A stretch of 64,000 bases of DNA from Podospora anserina (Eukaryota), in contig CM030332.1 of the NCBI GenBank assembly GCA_017654855.1, positions 5,642,001 through 5,706,000 of the forward strand. The letters run 5' to 3'. Of this stretch, positions 12,773 to 28,038 are shown one piece after another (position 1 is the stretch's first letter; the number at the start of each line of letters is the position of its first letter). The notes beneath the pieces are model-generated. The model was not told where the DNA came from. It searched no databases and saw only the letters and a list, made by a program, of their open reading frames with translations. The position numbers and the translations under genes are program-made.

Positions 12773-14382
12773 ATGTCGTCTCCAAACTCTGACAAACCGT
12801 CCAACAACCCATATTACGGGGACCCATGGAACCCTCCTCCACCCACAGGCGACCCGTGGAGTTCTCCTCAAACCACAGGCAAGCCAAGGAGTCCCTCAGC
12901 ACCCACCAGCGATTCGTGTGCATCAAGGCCTACAGATTTGTCTTCGGGCGCCAACGAGGACACTTATTTTCAAGGAGGTCCTGTGCCTATGGGATACGCA
13001 GACAACGTGGATTACTATCGTGCCAGCTCCGCAGCAGATTACCCCCCTCAAATTGGATATCCCCTTTATGGCCAATACATCTCTGGTGATCAGTATTTCG
13101 TTTCGAATGAAAATTTTGGCTAGGACGAACCAACCGTTAGAGATAGGTATTCATCCCAGGAGGATATATCCGCCAAAATGGAGCACCCTCCCAGCCCAAC
13201 GGGAGTTATGAAGACGAGTCTGCGCCTGATTCGATGCCGTCAAACACCAGCTCGAGCCTTGCACCGGAAGACAACGAAGAGGATAAGCCAGACGATCCCT
13301 ATGAAGCCCACCTCAATTTGGACTTTTCAAAACTCAAATTGAAAGATATTGATCAACACTACGGCTACGGACAGCATGATGATTTGGAATCGGGCACTTT
13401 TGTGGAAGAGGAGCAAAACGGCACAGTCGTCCTTCTAAGCGATCAGGGCTCTTACCCAGGCGAAGAGGGGAATTCTTCGTTCCCGAACGACAAGTACATC
13501 TTGTTGAACACCGAAGAGTCAACTCATCAATCTGGGGGCTCGAAAAAGCATTCTGCTCCACAAACCAACAAGACACTCAAAGAAGCAAAGAGCCATAGTC
13601 ACAAATCCAGCCGAAGGTATTGCTCTTCTTTCCCCAGAGACGTAAGCAAACAATTGCCTCTTAAATTTAGGCACAAACTTCAGACTGACAGGCGCGTTTG
13701 GAATATAGGAGTACGATGTAACGATCTACCTCTCGAACTTTGCGGGTGTGTCGGCAATACTGGTGAGAGCCCGGTACGATAACACCAACATCCTCGGGCC
13801 AATTATCAGCAGCAAACTGGCTTAGGAACTCGGTTTTGACAAAAGAATGCCTCTTGAGACAAGGGTCTGTGAAGCTTATATGATTCCAGGCCAGGCGGAC
13901 TTGTCTTTCGCAGTGGGAACGGTTAATCTAGCCGTGCAATTTGACAGCTCGACAGCAGGCGGCCCAACTGTGCTCACATTCAACATGCTTGATACTATAT
14001 TTCAAGACTATGACGTCCTACTTCCCGTCTACGTGTTACCGGGCTATGAGGATGATTACGATCCAACCGCGGTACCAGCTGTCAATGCACCACAGGGCCC
14101 GAAGAAGCCGAAGGACCGAGGTATGTATCTCGCATTCAATGGACCAATGAAACTATCTTGTACATCGCTAATGTGTCACTAAACTTAGAAACCGAAGAGA
14201 AAATGAAGGAACAAAAACGGCGTCAAGAGGAAGAAGCAGCAAGACGGGAACAAGAGAGGCAAGAACGCAAAGCATGGGTTGCGCGGAGATGGCTGCTCAA
14301 GTCTGCTTCATCTCGAAGCAGGTGGTGGATGCAATCTGCCAGCATATACCGGCTGGACCCAAGTCAGCAAGTTGTACTTTAA
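12773..14382 (+). pseudogene. Multi-exon hypothetical gene, probably disrupted (low-complexity N-terminus, possible retropepsin-like segment, charged C-terminus)
   Basis: Chain of same-strand ORFs (12773, 13234, 13847, 14158) with GT..CTGAC/CTAAT..AG introns; in-frame TAGs at 13121-13123 and 13823-13825. Confidence 0.4.
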
Positions 14383-14427
14383 GGGTTCGTGCAATCTTTG
14401 TAACTTGGAAGTAATAAAGAGGATATG

Positions 14428-15074
14428 TTAGCACATACCTTGGGTGGGGCCGTTGATAGTTCCATGCCACGTCTGGCATCTGTCACCATTGTACGGGCCG
14501 CGTCTCAGCTGGACATTTTCGTTGGCCCGAAGCGTGCGGTATGAGAAACCGAAGCTGTACCAGAAAGAATTCTCGGAGGGAAGCACGCGGACGTTGTATG
14601 CTGGGTTTGTGAAGTGCCAGGCGCTGCCGGTGCCTGGAGGTAGAAGAACGAGATGAAATGTTAGCCTTCTGTATAACCGAGAAATTGGACTGTTGTCAGT
14701 GAGCACCTACACCAATCCCCCGAATATGCGTTCACCGTGATGCTTGTGGTTTGGCGCTTTTCAACGGCAGCGGACGGCAGCAGCCCCCTAGACTCAAGCA
14801 GGTCCTCATATGAACCGAGGTCTTGCTGGGCACGAATCCAGGCCCAGCCGAGGGTTCCTGGCGTAGCGGTGTAGAAACCGTTACCTTTTGTAGCATCGTC
14901 AGGGACTGGACCCCAAACATCAACACCCAAGGCGGTGGCGTTGACGATTGACTCGGGAATGAGCTTGGCTGGAATAGCAACGGGATTCTCCCTGGGAGTA
15001 ATCTCATTCGGGGCAGCAAAGACCGCCACCGAGAGGAAGGCGATGACCTCGGAAACTATGATAGAGAAGCGCAT
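14428..15074 (-). CDS. Small secreted protein with propeptide (Kex2 site EKR), 2 exons
   Basis: Signal peptide MRFSIIVSEVIAFLSVAVFA, then EKR|QTTSITVNAYSGDWCTG after removing a GTAGGT..CTAAC..CAG intron; Cys-containing mature domain. Confidence 0.75.
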
Positions 15075-15653
15075 CTTGGTGATACTGACTGTGAAAGCAA
15101 CTGCTTGAAGAGGGTTTACTGCGGTGATGGTAGTGATGGTGATGGTGAGAGAATATTAGTTCTTCTGGCGACAACCAGCCTCTTATACCCAAATTCCGTG
15201 GCTGCTCAGGCTAATGTGCCATAGCGTTAGCCAACAATGAGCTCTAACCATTGAAGTCTTTTTGGTGACTTTGATGGACAGTTGCCCTGGTGTCGGTCCC
15301 ATACCCAAGGTATCTCCAGCAGGTAGGTAAGCCTGCGCCCCATGTACAATATATTTTACCATTGCAGATGCTGTTGGGCTTACTGAGATGATTCTGCATG
15401 GCCCATCTATTCAATGAACCTTCATCTCTTTTCTTGGTCTATTCTGCACTAGAGATAGGGCTGAGGTTGAATCAGATGCAGGTAGTAGATGGTTCAATAT
15501 CAATTGACCTTCTTATGACTGACCGTAATGGATTGTACTACTCTAGATGGTCTGATAGCATAGATTGCCATGGAGATTATCCGGGTGAAATAGAGGGCCC
15601 ACATAAGGTGTGCCTGACCACCCGTCTTGGTAAGCACCTCGCGTACCGGACTC

Positions 15654-16985
15654 TCATTTATGACTCTTTGGCAGCACCTTCGCAGCTTCAAGCTCACCGA
15701 ACACATCCGAGAATGCCTTCCATGTATCTTGATATCTACAAGCCGGAGTGTGTTAGCTTAAATCCACAATCACCTCAAAAGCACAAGAACTTACCCAGTC
15801 CACCCAAACTCCCTCGCCTTACTCATACCAATCACCAGATCGAAATCCCTCCCCAGCTCAAAATCCACAAACGCCCACGTCCCCTTCTCTAACCCATCCT
15901 TCTGCAACCCTTCCCTCTCCACCAACCTCTCCCACGCCTTTTCGACATCCTCCTGCTCCGCCCACTTGACCAAACTCACCCTCTGACTCAGCATGTTCCT
16001 CTTCACCCTCCCCTCCAACCCCAACTCCTTCTCCCAAGCCTTAATAGGCGGCACCTCATTCATCTCAACTTTCCCTGCCAGTTCCCCAACCTCTTGTTGA
16101 AACTGCCCCTGATCAACCTCCATCCCAAATCTCCTCGCCAGCCTGGGCCACATATCCTCCCAAGTCTGCACATCCCCATTCACCAGATTAAACGCCTCAT
16201 TCCTCGTCTTGTCCTCGCACACAACCCACTCGCAGAATTCCGCGTGGAGCTTGGAGCTAGTGTAGCAGTCAAAACCCGAGTAAAACCCCTCATTCCCAGG
16301 AAAAGCCAGTTTCCTCCCTTGCTCCTTGCAAACAGCAGCGTAAATCCCCAGTCCGGAAGCCAGGTTCATAAAGTTCCCGTTCGCAAAACCGATCACATCA
16401 TTAGGGTAAGTGACGTTCCATCCAATATGGGGGTTAGCCTTGCAGAAATCATGGAGGATATCTTGCTGTCTGTAGTAAAAGTTGGGCGGGTAGATGTTCT
16501 GGTCCGTAAGCCAGGGGTCAGATTCCATCATCGGGTTCTTGGCGCGGCCGAGGTGGACGCCGTACTGCTTGCATCCCGTGACGAGGAGGATCCGCTTGAT
16601 GGATTTGGCGGCACCGGTGAGGGTGAGCGCGCGGAGGAAGTTGGCGAGCATGTCGCCGTTGACTTTCCAGTTTTCTTCCTCGCTGTCCTTTTGCATGTAG
16701 GCTGCGAAGAAGACGTATTCGCCTGAGACGGAGGCAAGGTCTTTGGCCATGTCTTCGGCTGAGTGGAGGAGGTCGATGTGGTTGTGGACTACGTTGGAGG
16801 GGTAGTCATCTTTTTTGGAGCGGGAGAGGGCGTGGATCGTTTTCCATTTTGTAGGGTTGGAGGCGAGGCGGTAGACGATTTCTCGGCCGAGAATGCCTTG
16901 GGGGTGTGTTAGTGAGAGGGATTGGAGAGATGGGGATGATAAGGGGTTACATACCGGTTGCGCCGCACACGATTGCTGAGGACAT
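15654..16985 (-). CDS. PRISE/progesterone 5-beta-reductase-like atypical SDR (SirQ-like), 3 exons
   Basis: SAIVCGATGILG, YVFFAAY, LVTGCKQYGVHLG, PNFYYRQQD, AFNLVNGD and MSKAREFGWTGYQDT. Confidence 0.9.
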
Positions 16986-19900
16986 CTTGGCTGGATATAT
17001 TTTTGAATTTTGACCCGACAGGAACGAAATCAGCAATGATTTAACGTGATGGTAGTTTTGAGGTGAAAATTAGGGTGGTCTGGCTTGGTTTGAGAATTGT
17101 GAGATGTGCTTTTGTTACTTGTGAGGTTGATATGGTTTGCGAAAATAGATGACGTCAAACTGACAGGTCCCAAGATCTTCACCACAATGCGACCCCATTT
17201 ATGTCCATGAGATCACCACAGAGAGCTGCCGAATGACAAGCAACTCTCCTACATTACCAGTTATTCATCGATGTATATGTCCGCCAAGCAATGGTGGCCC
17301 TTGTGGTTGCTGCCAAGACAGAAGACGGCCGTTGTTGTTTTGCTATCCCTGTCGGGGACTCAGGGGCACGGAGCAGCCTTTCTCTAGCCCCATCCAAGGC
17401 ATCTATATTTGGTATGAGCTTAATTTGACCACCACTACAGGCAACAACAACGACAATTCTCCCACACACGCGAAGACATCTTGGAGTGTGGTCCGGAGAC
17501 GGCGTCGGGGTATACGAAAGCGGCACGGGCTCGTGGTACCAAGATTTCGGCCAGGCGCCAAAAACTTCTCAACAAATGCGGCGAACAAAACAGGAAGCTG
17601 GTCGCGGGCAGTCGAGAGTAGGTTCTGATGTGAGGTGGTGGTTCCTGGCGGCGTGTAGCCCCTCACGCATGGGATCCAATCGATTCCATCGATCGAGACA
17701 TGGTGAGGCGGAGAAAGGGCTTGTTCGGCGACCATGTGGGGGTACTCGGGACTGCGGACGTTACAAAGGAGGGTACTACTGCTCAGAACAGAGGTCTACG
17801 ACATGTCAGTTTTCGTTTCTCGTGTCTTCCGCACATATCATGGCTCGGCAGTCGGTACAGAGATTGAACGCGTTGTTGATATCGTGACGGACCAGTTGCG
17901 ATGTAACTCAGGTACCGCAGTCGAATGACTTGTGTCATGATGCCCATGCAAGGAGCTAATTGTTCGTTCCACCGCATGGAGCTGCAAGTGCAACGTTTGA
18001 TACCCGGTGAAGATCTAGAACCTTTTCAAAATGGGGGTCCAGACTTTTGTCTTCAATGGAAGACGAGAAAGATCCAGCATCATACCACCTTGCCGAATGA
18101 CGGTGATACATTACTCTTCTGTTCACCGATCATATGATATCACAGGTAAGTTCAACCATCATAGCCTCAATGCCGTTACGATTGACGCTATGGCATGTCT
18201 AGGTTTCAAGGTTCAAGTAATCGCCGAAGGTGCCGCAAGGTCGGCGACGTTGTCAAGGAGGCGAGATCTGAGCAATAGCTGGTCGGCTCTTAATTTTACT
18301 TGTAATGCGGAACTATGGGGCAAGAGTTAGCAAATACCCCAAACTGATGAAGGATGTTGTCATCGGGCCGAACCTGACTCCTTAGAGAGCTTCTCCAGCG
18401 TCGGATCGAGGATGTCACGTTGAGGGTCCTGGAACAATGTCAGGGATTGCGACGATATGGGGTAGATGCTGTAGCATGGGGAGGCTGTGCACCTCGATGA
18501 AGAATGGCGGTCACTCAGACGAGCAAATAAGGCTGCAGCAACTTTTGCATGGGGCTTGGTGCATGCCGCGTCTTCCAATTCGTTGCTTCCGTCTGTTTAC
18601 ACATTATCCGGGTGGACATTGGGGTGAACCGGTTTTTGCACTTGTTCCAAAGCCATGCTGAGGCGCAATCCAGACCTTTGCTGTTTCTGGGTGTTCCACG
18701 GCAGAAGCCACTATCTCCAAGTCTTGGCTTTTGCGGACTGCGCTCCGTCCTGGCGCAGTCCAGTCAATGTGCGACGGGCAAGCAGCACCCATGCCGTGGG
18801 CACCGGCAAAGCGCCCGTTGTGTCTCGTGCTGCATCACCGATAACTGATAGGTCGAAAATAAGTGGACAGAGACCGCCGGAGAAGGGCTTATTTGGGCCA
18901 GCTCCCGTCCACGGCAGTGCGACAGTGCAAGTCCCCGATCACCGCCCGCTTCGTCCAACTCCTGCCCGAGGAGGAGTGTCGATTGTGAGAAGACTGTGCA
19001 TTATCTTTCGACATTCTTTCCCAAAGCTGTGGTCAGTGGCTTTGGTGGCTTCAATGGTTTCAATCGCTTCAACCGCTTCAACCGCTCAAACGTACAGTGC
19101 TACTAGATACCTTACCAGATATGGTTGGATGGCGCCGGCATCGCCGCCAGGTGGAGAGCTGGTTGCTCCTCAGTCCCCTCTCTGGGGCTGCAGCAAGTGC
19201 AGGGGACGTACAGCACTAGCTCCCAAGGTCTCGGGAAATGAAGCATCTCATCCAACAGAACCGAATGGCCGTTGAAAGCCGGGGGAATCTGGAGAGCCAC
19301 CGACTGCCGCTTCCATGACAATACCCCACCATGAACCGCAACACTTCCCCTCAGTCGGCCGCTTTCACGACCGAGATATCCTTCAGCCGTCACATCGTGG
19401 GCAAGAGCGATAAGCTTCCTGCCTGATCGGGTTGCACTTTGTGAGCTGAAAGTCGACCGAGACCAGCGATAGGCCAATCAGGCTCAGAAAAGAGGCCGAG
19501 AGGGAGCTCGAAGCCAATCACAGCCGTCAAATTCTGCTGCCGGCAGGTCCAGCTCCACGGGTATGGCACGCAACCCCCTTCAACTTGACCGCCACGTTGC
19601 TTGTCTTTTGACAATGAGTCTGTGCAGGGACCCATCCGTAGGGCTGATGTCCTTTCTGGTTGAGGGTACGTATCACACGGGAACTGGCGAGAGCACTGCA
19701 AGTCATGCTCGTGTTTCATCACCAGACAGTTTCTACTTCCACTGCTGCCATGCATCACGGCTTGATTGCCCGGAGGATGCCGCAGCATTTCCCTCAGGTG
19801 TCACTCAGATCGTGGCGAAGGCCAAGAGAAATCCCTCTCTACTCGATGCTCCCCGAGGCTCAGCATGAGTTCACTTGTTCATAAGTAGAGGCGATACCTG

Positions 19901-20002
19901 CCCGATCAGGCTTCAATTTTGACGCCATATTCACTCATGACAATCCGCTTACACATCAATGTTTTATTTGACTCTTAAATACAGCTCATAATACTACCCA
20001 CA

Positions 20003-21263
20003 ATGTCTCCCACCTCATCAGCTGCTTCGAAGCAAAAGACTCGACAGGTGTGGACTCCAGAGGAGGACCATGTCCTTTCAGAAGCTGTCAGGGCTGGTAA
20101 GTCAAGTCTATCATTGCCCATCACCCCGCCTTTGTCCTACCAGATGTAGCTAACAGGCCTCCTCCCCACCGCAGAAACCCCAGCACACGGCCCTATCAGT
20201 TGGCACAAGGTCGCCTCCCATTTACCGGGTAGGAACAATAAGGATTGTCGCAAGAGATGGCACTATAGCATTATCAACACCATCCGGAAAGGCACGTGGA
20301 CAAAAGACGAAGACCAGAAGCTCAAGGCCGCAGTGGAAGTGTATGGAGCACGCTGGAGCAAGATTGCAGAGGCAGTAGGCACTCGCAACGGGGATCAATG
20401 CTGGAAGCGGTGGTACGACTGTCTTGATCCCAGCATTGACAAAAGCCCGTGGACATCAGACGAGGTATGTCACGCCACGAGATGAGACACTTACCATCAA
20501 GATTGTCTAACACAGTTTAATTTAACAGGACGCGAGACTCCTCCACCAAGTAAGCAAAAGCGGTCGAAACTGGAGCGAAATCGTACACAAGCACTTCCCC
20601 AACCGCACCTCCCTGTCCGCCAAGAACCGATACAGCATCCTCCAGCGCAAGCAAGAAAACGCGTCCAAGTCTTCCTCCAAGAAGTCCGCTATCACATACT
20701 CCACAGCTTCAAGCCCAAGCCCAGGGCCCAGTCTCAACTACCTCAGCCCCGCTTCCATCGCATCCAGCAGCACCAGCACCCCAGAGCCAGAGTCGTACCC
20801 AGAATGGTTCGTCAACAGCGGCAACAGCCAGCCCTCCAATATGGACTTTGGCTCACTAGACCAGGGATACTCCCAGCCTGGTGGGTGGTACCAAGGAGGG
20901 GCGATGAGCACATCCCACTCGCCAAGTCCTCAGCTGGGTGGTGCTGGGCTGGAATGGACCACCACTGGCTCGAGTGACACGACTTGGAGCTCACCTGATA
21001 TGAGCATCATGCAGAGCTACTCTCCTGCTCCTCCAACCCTGCTGCCGCAACAGTCGTTGGGTTTCCCGGAGCTGGATTATTCCCAGACTCGGCAACCACC
21101 TCAACAGCAGATGTATGAGCAGTTGTCTGCTGTTGATGGAAGTTTATCGGGGTACAACATGCTGGGAATTTACCAGACTGATGCGCTGGTGTATGAGCAG
21201 AGTGAGCAACCGGTGATGGGCTTTACTCAGCCGATTGGATATGGGGGTGGACAATGCTGGTGA
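20003..21263 (+). CDS. Myb/SANT-repeat transcription factor (3 repeats), 3 exons
   Basis: WTPEED, LPGRNNKDCRKRW, KGTWTKDEDQKL, TRNGDQCWKRWYDCLDPSIDKSPWTSDE and HFPNRTSLSAKNRY; low-complexity C-terminus. Confidence 0.9.
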
Positions 21264-23311
21264 CGGGCGTGGAATGTCTCGATAATGGAAAAATATTCAT
21301 TTTGTCCCTCTTGTAGCGACAGAGAAAAGCACAGGGTTGGTTGCATGGGTCTGGAGTTTTTGCATGCCTGGGTTGGGCTTTTGGTTTTCTATTTATCTTA
21401 CTTTTAATACTATCTGTCGGAGAAACTCCATTGAATAGAGAAAAATGACAGTTCATAGGTATCCAAGATGAGATGGGTTTGTGATGTCGTGTCAACGAGT
21501 GAATTCATCGATGCCGAAGAATGACGGGGGAATGTGGAACATGCCCCCAAGGAACCATGGTGAGGCGTGGGCGCTGAGACTTAATAGCAGAGTCGGTCTT
21601 TTTTCTTTGAGAGGTGTCTGGTTAGCGTTGAGGTCCATGACACGGAAGTTCCCTCCGAGAGATTGAGGTAATAAAAAGAATGTTTGGTTTGCGAGCCTTG
21701 TTGTCCTGCTGGACAATCTTCAGCTGGAACAAGAAAAATCTAATAGTATTGTTACTGAGCCACTAGCGTGCATGACTGCGTAGATGGTCTGGGGTTAATT
21801 GGAAGGGAAATAGGGACTTTTAGATACTTGCTGTTAGTAGTTGGAGTTGGTGCTGCTAAACAGCTCTCGGATAAGGAGAATAGAGGGAGTGGGTTGGGCA
21901 AAAAAAGGAAAGTCGAAAACGTCAAAAGAACAAAAGAAATTCTCATCCATCTGAAGGATCCTCCCTGGAATTACCCAGGGACCCCTTCAACCCCCAGATG
22001 GTACAATAATCCCACATGATAGCAATACTGAGCTTCCCCAGTCCTCAGCTCCTCCGAGGAGGAGGGTACGACTACAAACCAGCAGAACTAGCTAAGCGCC
22101 AGGTACACTAGAAAACTGGTTGGAACAGCATTGAATCGAACCCATAACTTCTGCACTGCTGGGAGTCGACCCAGCAGACAGAAGGGATGAGAGAATGAAC
22201 CTTTGGGAGCGGGAGCCTGACCAATTGGCTAAACCCTCTGGTTGTTTTGATGACATTGAGACTGCGGAAACTGATATAAATACCGGGGGCACGTCAACAA
22301 GGAAGGAGCAAGTGGTTGGCGGCTTACTTGAAGGGAAGGAGCGACCACATAGCGCGTGATGTTATCGACCGTCGGCTGTCCACTGTATTTTCATTGTCCT
22401 TGCTGTCTGGCACGGCTCGCGCTAAATATCAAGATTTCCATGTGATTTGTTTGGCGTGTTTATCATCATGACTGTGCTGCAGGCTACAATCATGGACTTG
22501 TTAAGATTGCGTTTTGTTGAAATTGTTTGGTGATGATTGAAATCTAAAATCCTGCCTCTCTTGGGCTATCTTCATTTAGGGTGTTCGACCAAAACTTTCT
22601 CTCGTCCCTTAACCGACACAGCCTTCGTATCTCGGTCTGTTACTCGAAACAGAATTTACTTGCACATGACTGCCTATTTTATGATCTTGATGTACCCAAA
22701 TGACAGCCTTCGGCAAGCAATGTAAATAGTATATATCTTCGCGCAAATCGATTCTTTGGACTTCCTGTAGCAGAAGACAATGTTAAATTAAGATTGACCG
22801 TGCCGACAGGTGAAACACTGGGAGACGATGTGGATAGATGGGAGCTCGAAGGGATACAGGAGATGTAGATGGAAGTACAGCTGATTGATGGAGTATCAAG
22901 GCGAACTCTTTGACCTACACATATGATGCCAGCACTCCAGAAGAAGCCTCTCGTCACCTGTGATATGAATCTCAAAACACTTGGGCGGTCACGAAGCACA
23001 CGTCAGGGGAGGTGGCAGAATGGAGAGAGGCCGTGTTTTTCTGAAGTCTAGTTGCTCCCTTGATGTTCTGCCTGTGGGAGCACTGGAGGAAGGAACAGAG
23101 CCCTCCCGTTGGCCAATGACGACAATCCGGAGAAGTAAGTCCACGATGAGGGGCAGGATAGTAAAAAAAAAATTTAAGTTGTCGTGAACTTTCACCCTTT
23201 CTTTCTATCTCATCCAAGCAGCCACTCACGACTTTGCTTGCGCGCCCGCTTTCGATTTTTCTTTTCAAAAACTTCGCGTTTGCTTGCGCTCTCTCTCGTC
23301 GTGCTCGGTTG

Positions 23312-23339
23312 TTTTTTTTTTTTTTTTTTTTTTTTTTTT
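23312..23339 (+). repeat. poly(T) tract (28 nt)
   Basis: Uninterrupted T run just upstream of the ATG at 23349. Confidence 0.95.
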
Positions 23340-23348
23340 CAAAAAATC

Positions 23349-24738
23349 ATGGCGAAATCTTCCGTTGCCGCTCGCCGTCGCCGCGCCGAAAGGCGCGAGC
23401 AAGCCAGTCGTTCCGCCGGCCCCTCAGCCGCTCGCGCGGCTGCTCACAAACGTCTCGCCGAGCTTCTCCCCAGAAATGGGATGGTTTACTGTTAGTATTT
23501 TGTTGCCTTCCATTAGTTTTCTCAGTTATCAATTCGACTTTTACCCATGTCAAAGGCTGTATCGTGAAGATCCTGATCTGGCAGATCCTTTTTTTCGATC
23601 TATCACGTCATTCAACCACCTTAGCAACCACAGAGGGTCTGTCAGCAATGACATCTCGCTCTCTTGACCTCTTTCTCCTGCCGGAAATTCGCCAATCTCA
23701 GGACCGCTATATCCAAGCCACTCAAGGATTACGGATTTGTCAACCACAGGTCATATGCTAGACACCTGGCAAAGACAGGAGTCAGTCATGTGATCTCAAT
23801 TTGACTTAAACGACCAGTCCAACTGCAAAAACCAACTTCAAAAATTCATCCCCCTTTCACCAAACTATCTATGGCGGCGTTGACAGCGTTCACTGGTCCA
23901 ATGGCTAACATGTGGTGGTTACAGCCAACAAAACTGTGTTGTTGAACCGCGCTGCTGCCGATAGCAAAGTGATCCGAGCGATCAAGAACAGCTGCGTATG
24001 TCTTTTCATTGTTTGAAAATCCAAAAAACGAAAGAAGAAAACGAAAGAAAATAAGAAAACAAGGAAATCACAACATCATCAACAAGGAATGTTTTGGCTG
24101 AACAAAACTTTGCGTTACAGGCTTCCAACCTCGAAGTCTCCGTGGTCAAGCTTAGCTTGACCAGATCCATCATGGACAAGGCCCTGGCCTCAATTTTTGC
24201 TGCGGCGACAGAAGTGACTCGGGAGATGATGGAGTCGGGTGAAATAAACGGAAACGTCGAAACAATGACGTTTTTGAACAAGTTGAAGTTGCGCGTCGGA
24301 ACGGTCCCGGTGGTTTTGGCTGGTGGCGGAACGAGCATGGGCGTGGGCACGTGGGCGAGACTGATGCCGTCGGAGCTGTTCTGCAAGATCTTCATGGTCT
24401 TGCGGGCTGCTCGGCGGTGCTGGTTCGAGGCGCCAGAGGAGCCGTTCGCCGTGGAGGAGCATTGCGCCCTCGCGCACAACATTGACCGCTTCTTTGAAGT
24501 GGACATGTTGAACTGGGGGGACTTTGCGATGGTCCAGTTTGTGGTGCGGGGTGGGCTGGGTGATTTCGGTGTGGGTATGGGAGGGGAGGATGACGACGAG
24601 GTCTTCGATATCTTTGCGGGAGATGAGGAGGGAGAGGGGGATGAGGTGGTGGATGAGGTGGGCGAGGAGGATGGTGGTGATGAGATGGAGATCGACGATG
24701 TAAGTTCCCTGGAGTTTGATCCCTGGATTTTGACGTGA
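23349..24738 (+). CDS. Hypothetical protein with acidic C-terminus; a basic first exon at 23349 may splice to the acceptor at 24120, or the gene may start at 24172
   Basis: GC-rich coding-like frame 24121-24738 ending in a D/E-rich tail, preceded by GCTGAAC..TTACAG. Exon 1 is speculative. Confidence 0.35.
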
Positions 24739-25108
24739 TCAATTATACTAACTGAGAGCTACCAGTCAACTTCCAAGCTGTTGAACTCTGGTCAGTTGGA
24801 GGAGGCGTTCGCTCGCCTTCGGGTGGATATCGGCCAGGCCGAGTTGCAGCTGACCCTTGCCAGGCTGCATTTCTGATTGCCTCTGCAGGTGCGGTGTGAG
24901 ATTGGCTGAGGGCGGATGGAATGGGGACGGCCGTGTAGGATAAAGAACGGGATTGGTGAAACGTGAGGAAAGTGTAGGATAATTGAATGGATTCATGGCG
25001 TCTTCAGCCGGACGAAGCGGTATACCAAACGTTGATGAAGGCATCCTTGCGAGATGTCAATGACTGGACGACGTGATAGCCCAAAGCTTGTAACATGACA
25101 TCTGTGGA

Positions 25109-27188
<2,080 letters not shown>

Positions 27189-28038
27189 CTTTGAGGCGCC
27201 CAAAAGACCGATTCCGACCCGAGAGTGTTTCAACATCAAGAATCGATCAACTCTGCAAAGACAGCAGGAACCCCTCGTTTCTGCCCAGCGTGACCGGCCC
27301 CACATTCAGACATTTTCTCGCCGCTGACACTCAAAGGACCCACGGAATATGCGGCCGGCGCCGGGCGCTAGATCGATTTCGCCATTACCATCCGTGCCTC
27401 TAGATTTTGATCGAAAGAATTAGGCTGGATTTCCAAGGCGCAGGGATCGAGAACATTGAACATGCCAACGACAGAACGTGGGCGCGTGGGTGGGCAGCGC
27501 CTTTCCGAAAATACATGCAACAGGCCCAGGAACTCAGGGGCCTGCCAAGACCATCTCCAGATGGCACAGATATACGGCACAAACTCCCTTCAGCCAATCA
27601 CCAACATTCCCGAAGCACAATGTTGGTGGCGTCCCTGCATTCAATCCGCGCTCCGCGAATCCAACTGCAAGACCTGCAACAACAATTATCAGTACAGCTT
27701 ACAAGCCACATAGGTAGCCACATAGGTTTGGACTGGTTGAAGTGTTCCGGAAATAGGAAGATGGTCGATTCACTGCTGACTTGGAGCTCCAACATCCAAC
27801 ATGCTACGGATGGCACAGCGATGTGTGCTCAGCGATGTGTGCTCTCACGTCCTAAGACATGGCCCAAGGCCACAGACCTTAAGACGACCACTTGGTCCTC
27901 CACAAAGCAGCCGAACTTTGTCCATCTGAAGTGGACTCCAGAACATCAGTGTCGCTCTAAGTCGGCTTAGTACAACACCATTGGACCCCACACCCATCCG
28001 CTGAGACAGCACCATCTACCTCGCCAGTGACACTGATC

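Noticed and set aside
17233-19884. Many overlapping short ORFs between the reductase and Myb genes
   Set aside because: No motifs or consistent exon structure; treated as a long regulatory intergenic region containing a short TTCAACCGC tandem near 19050-19090.
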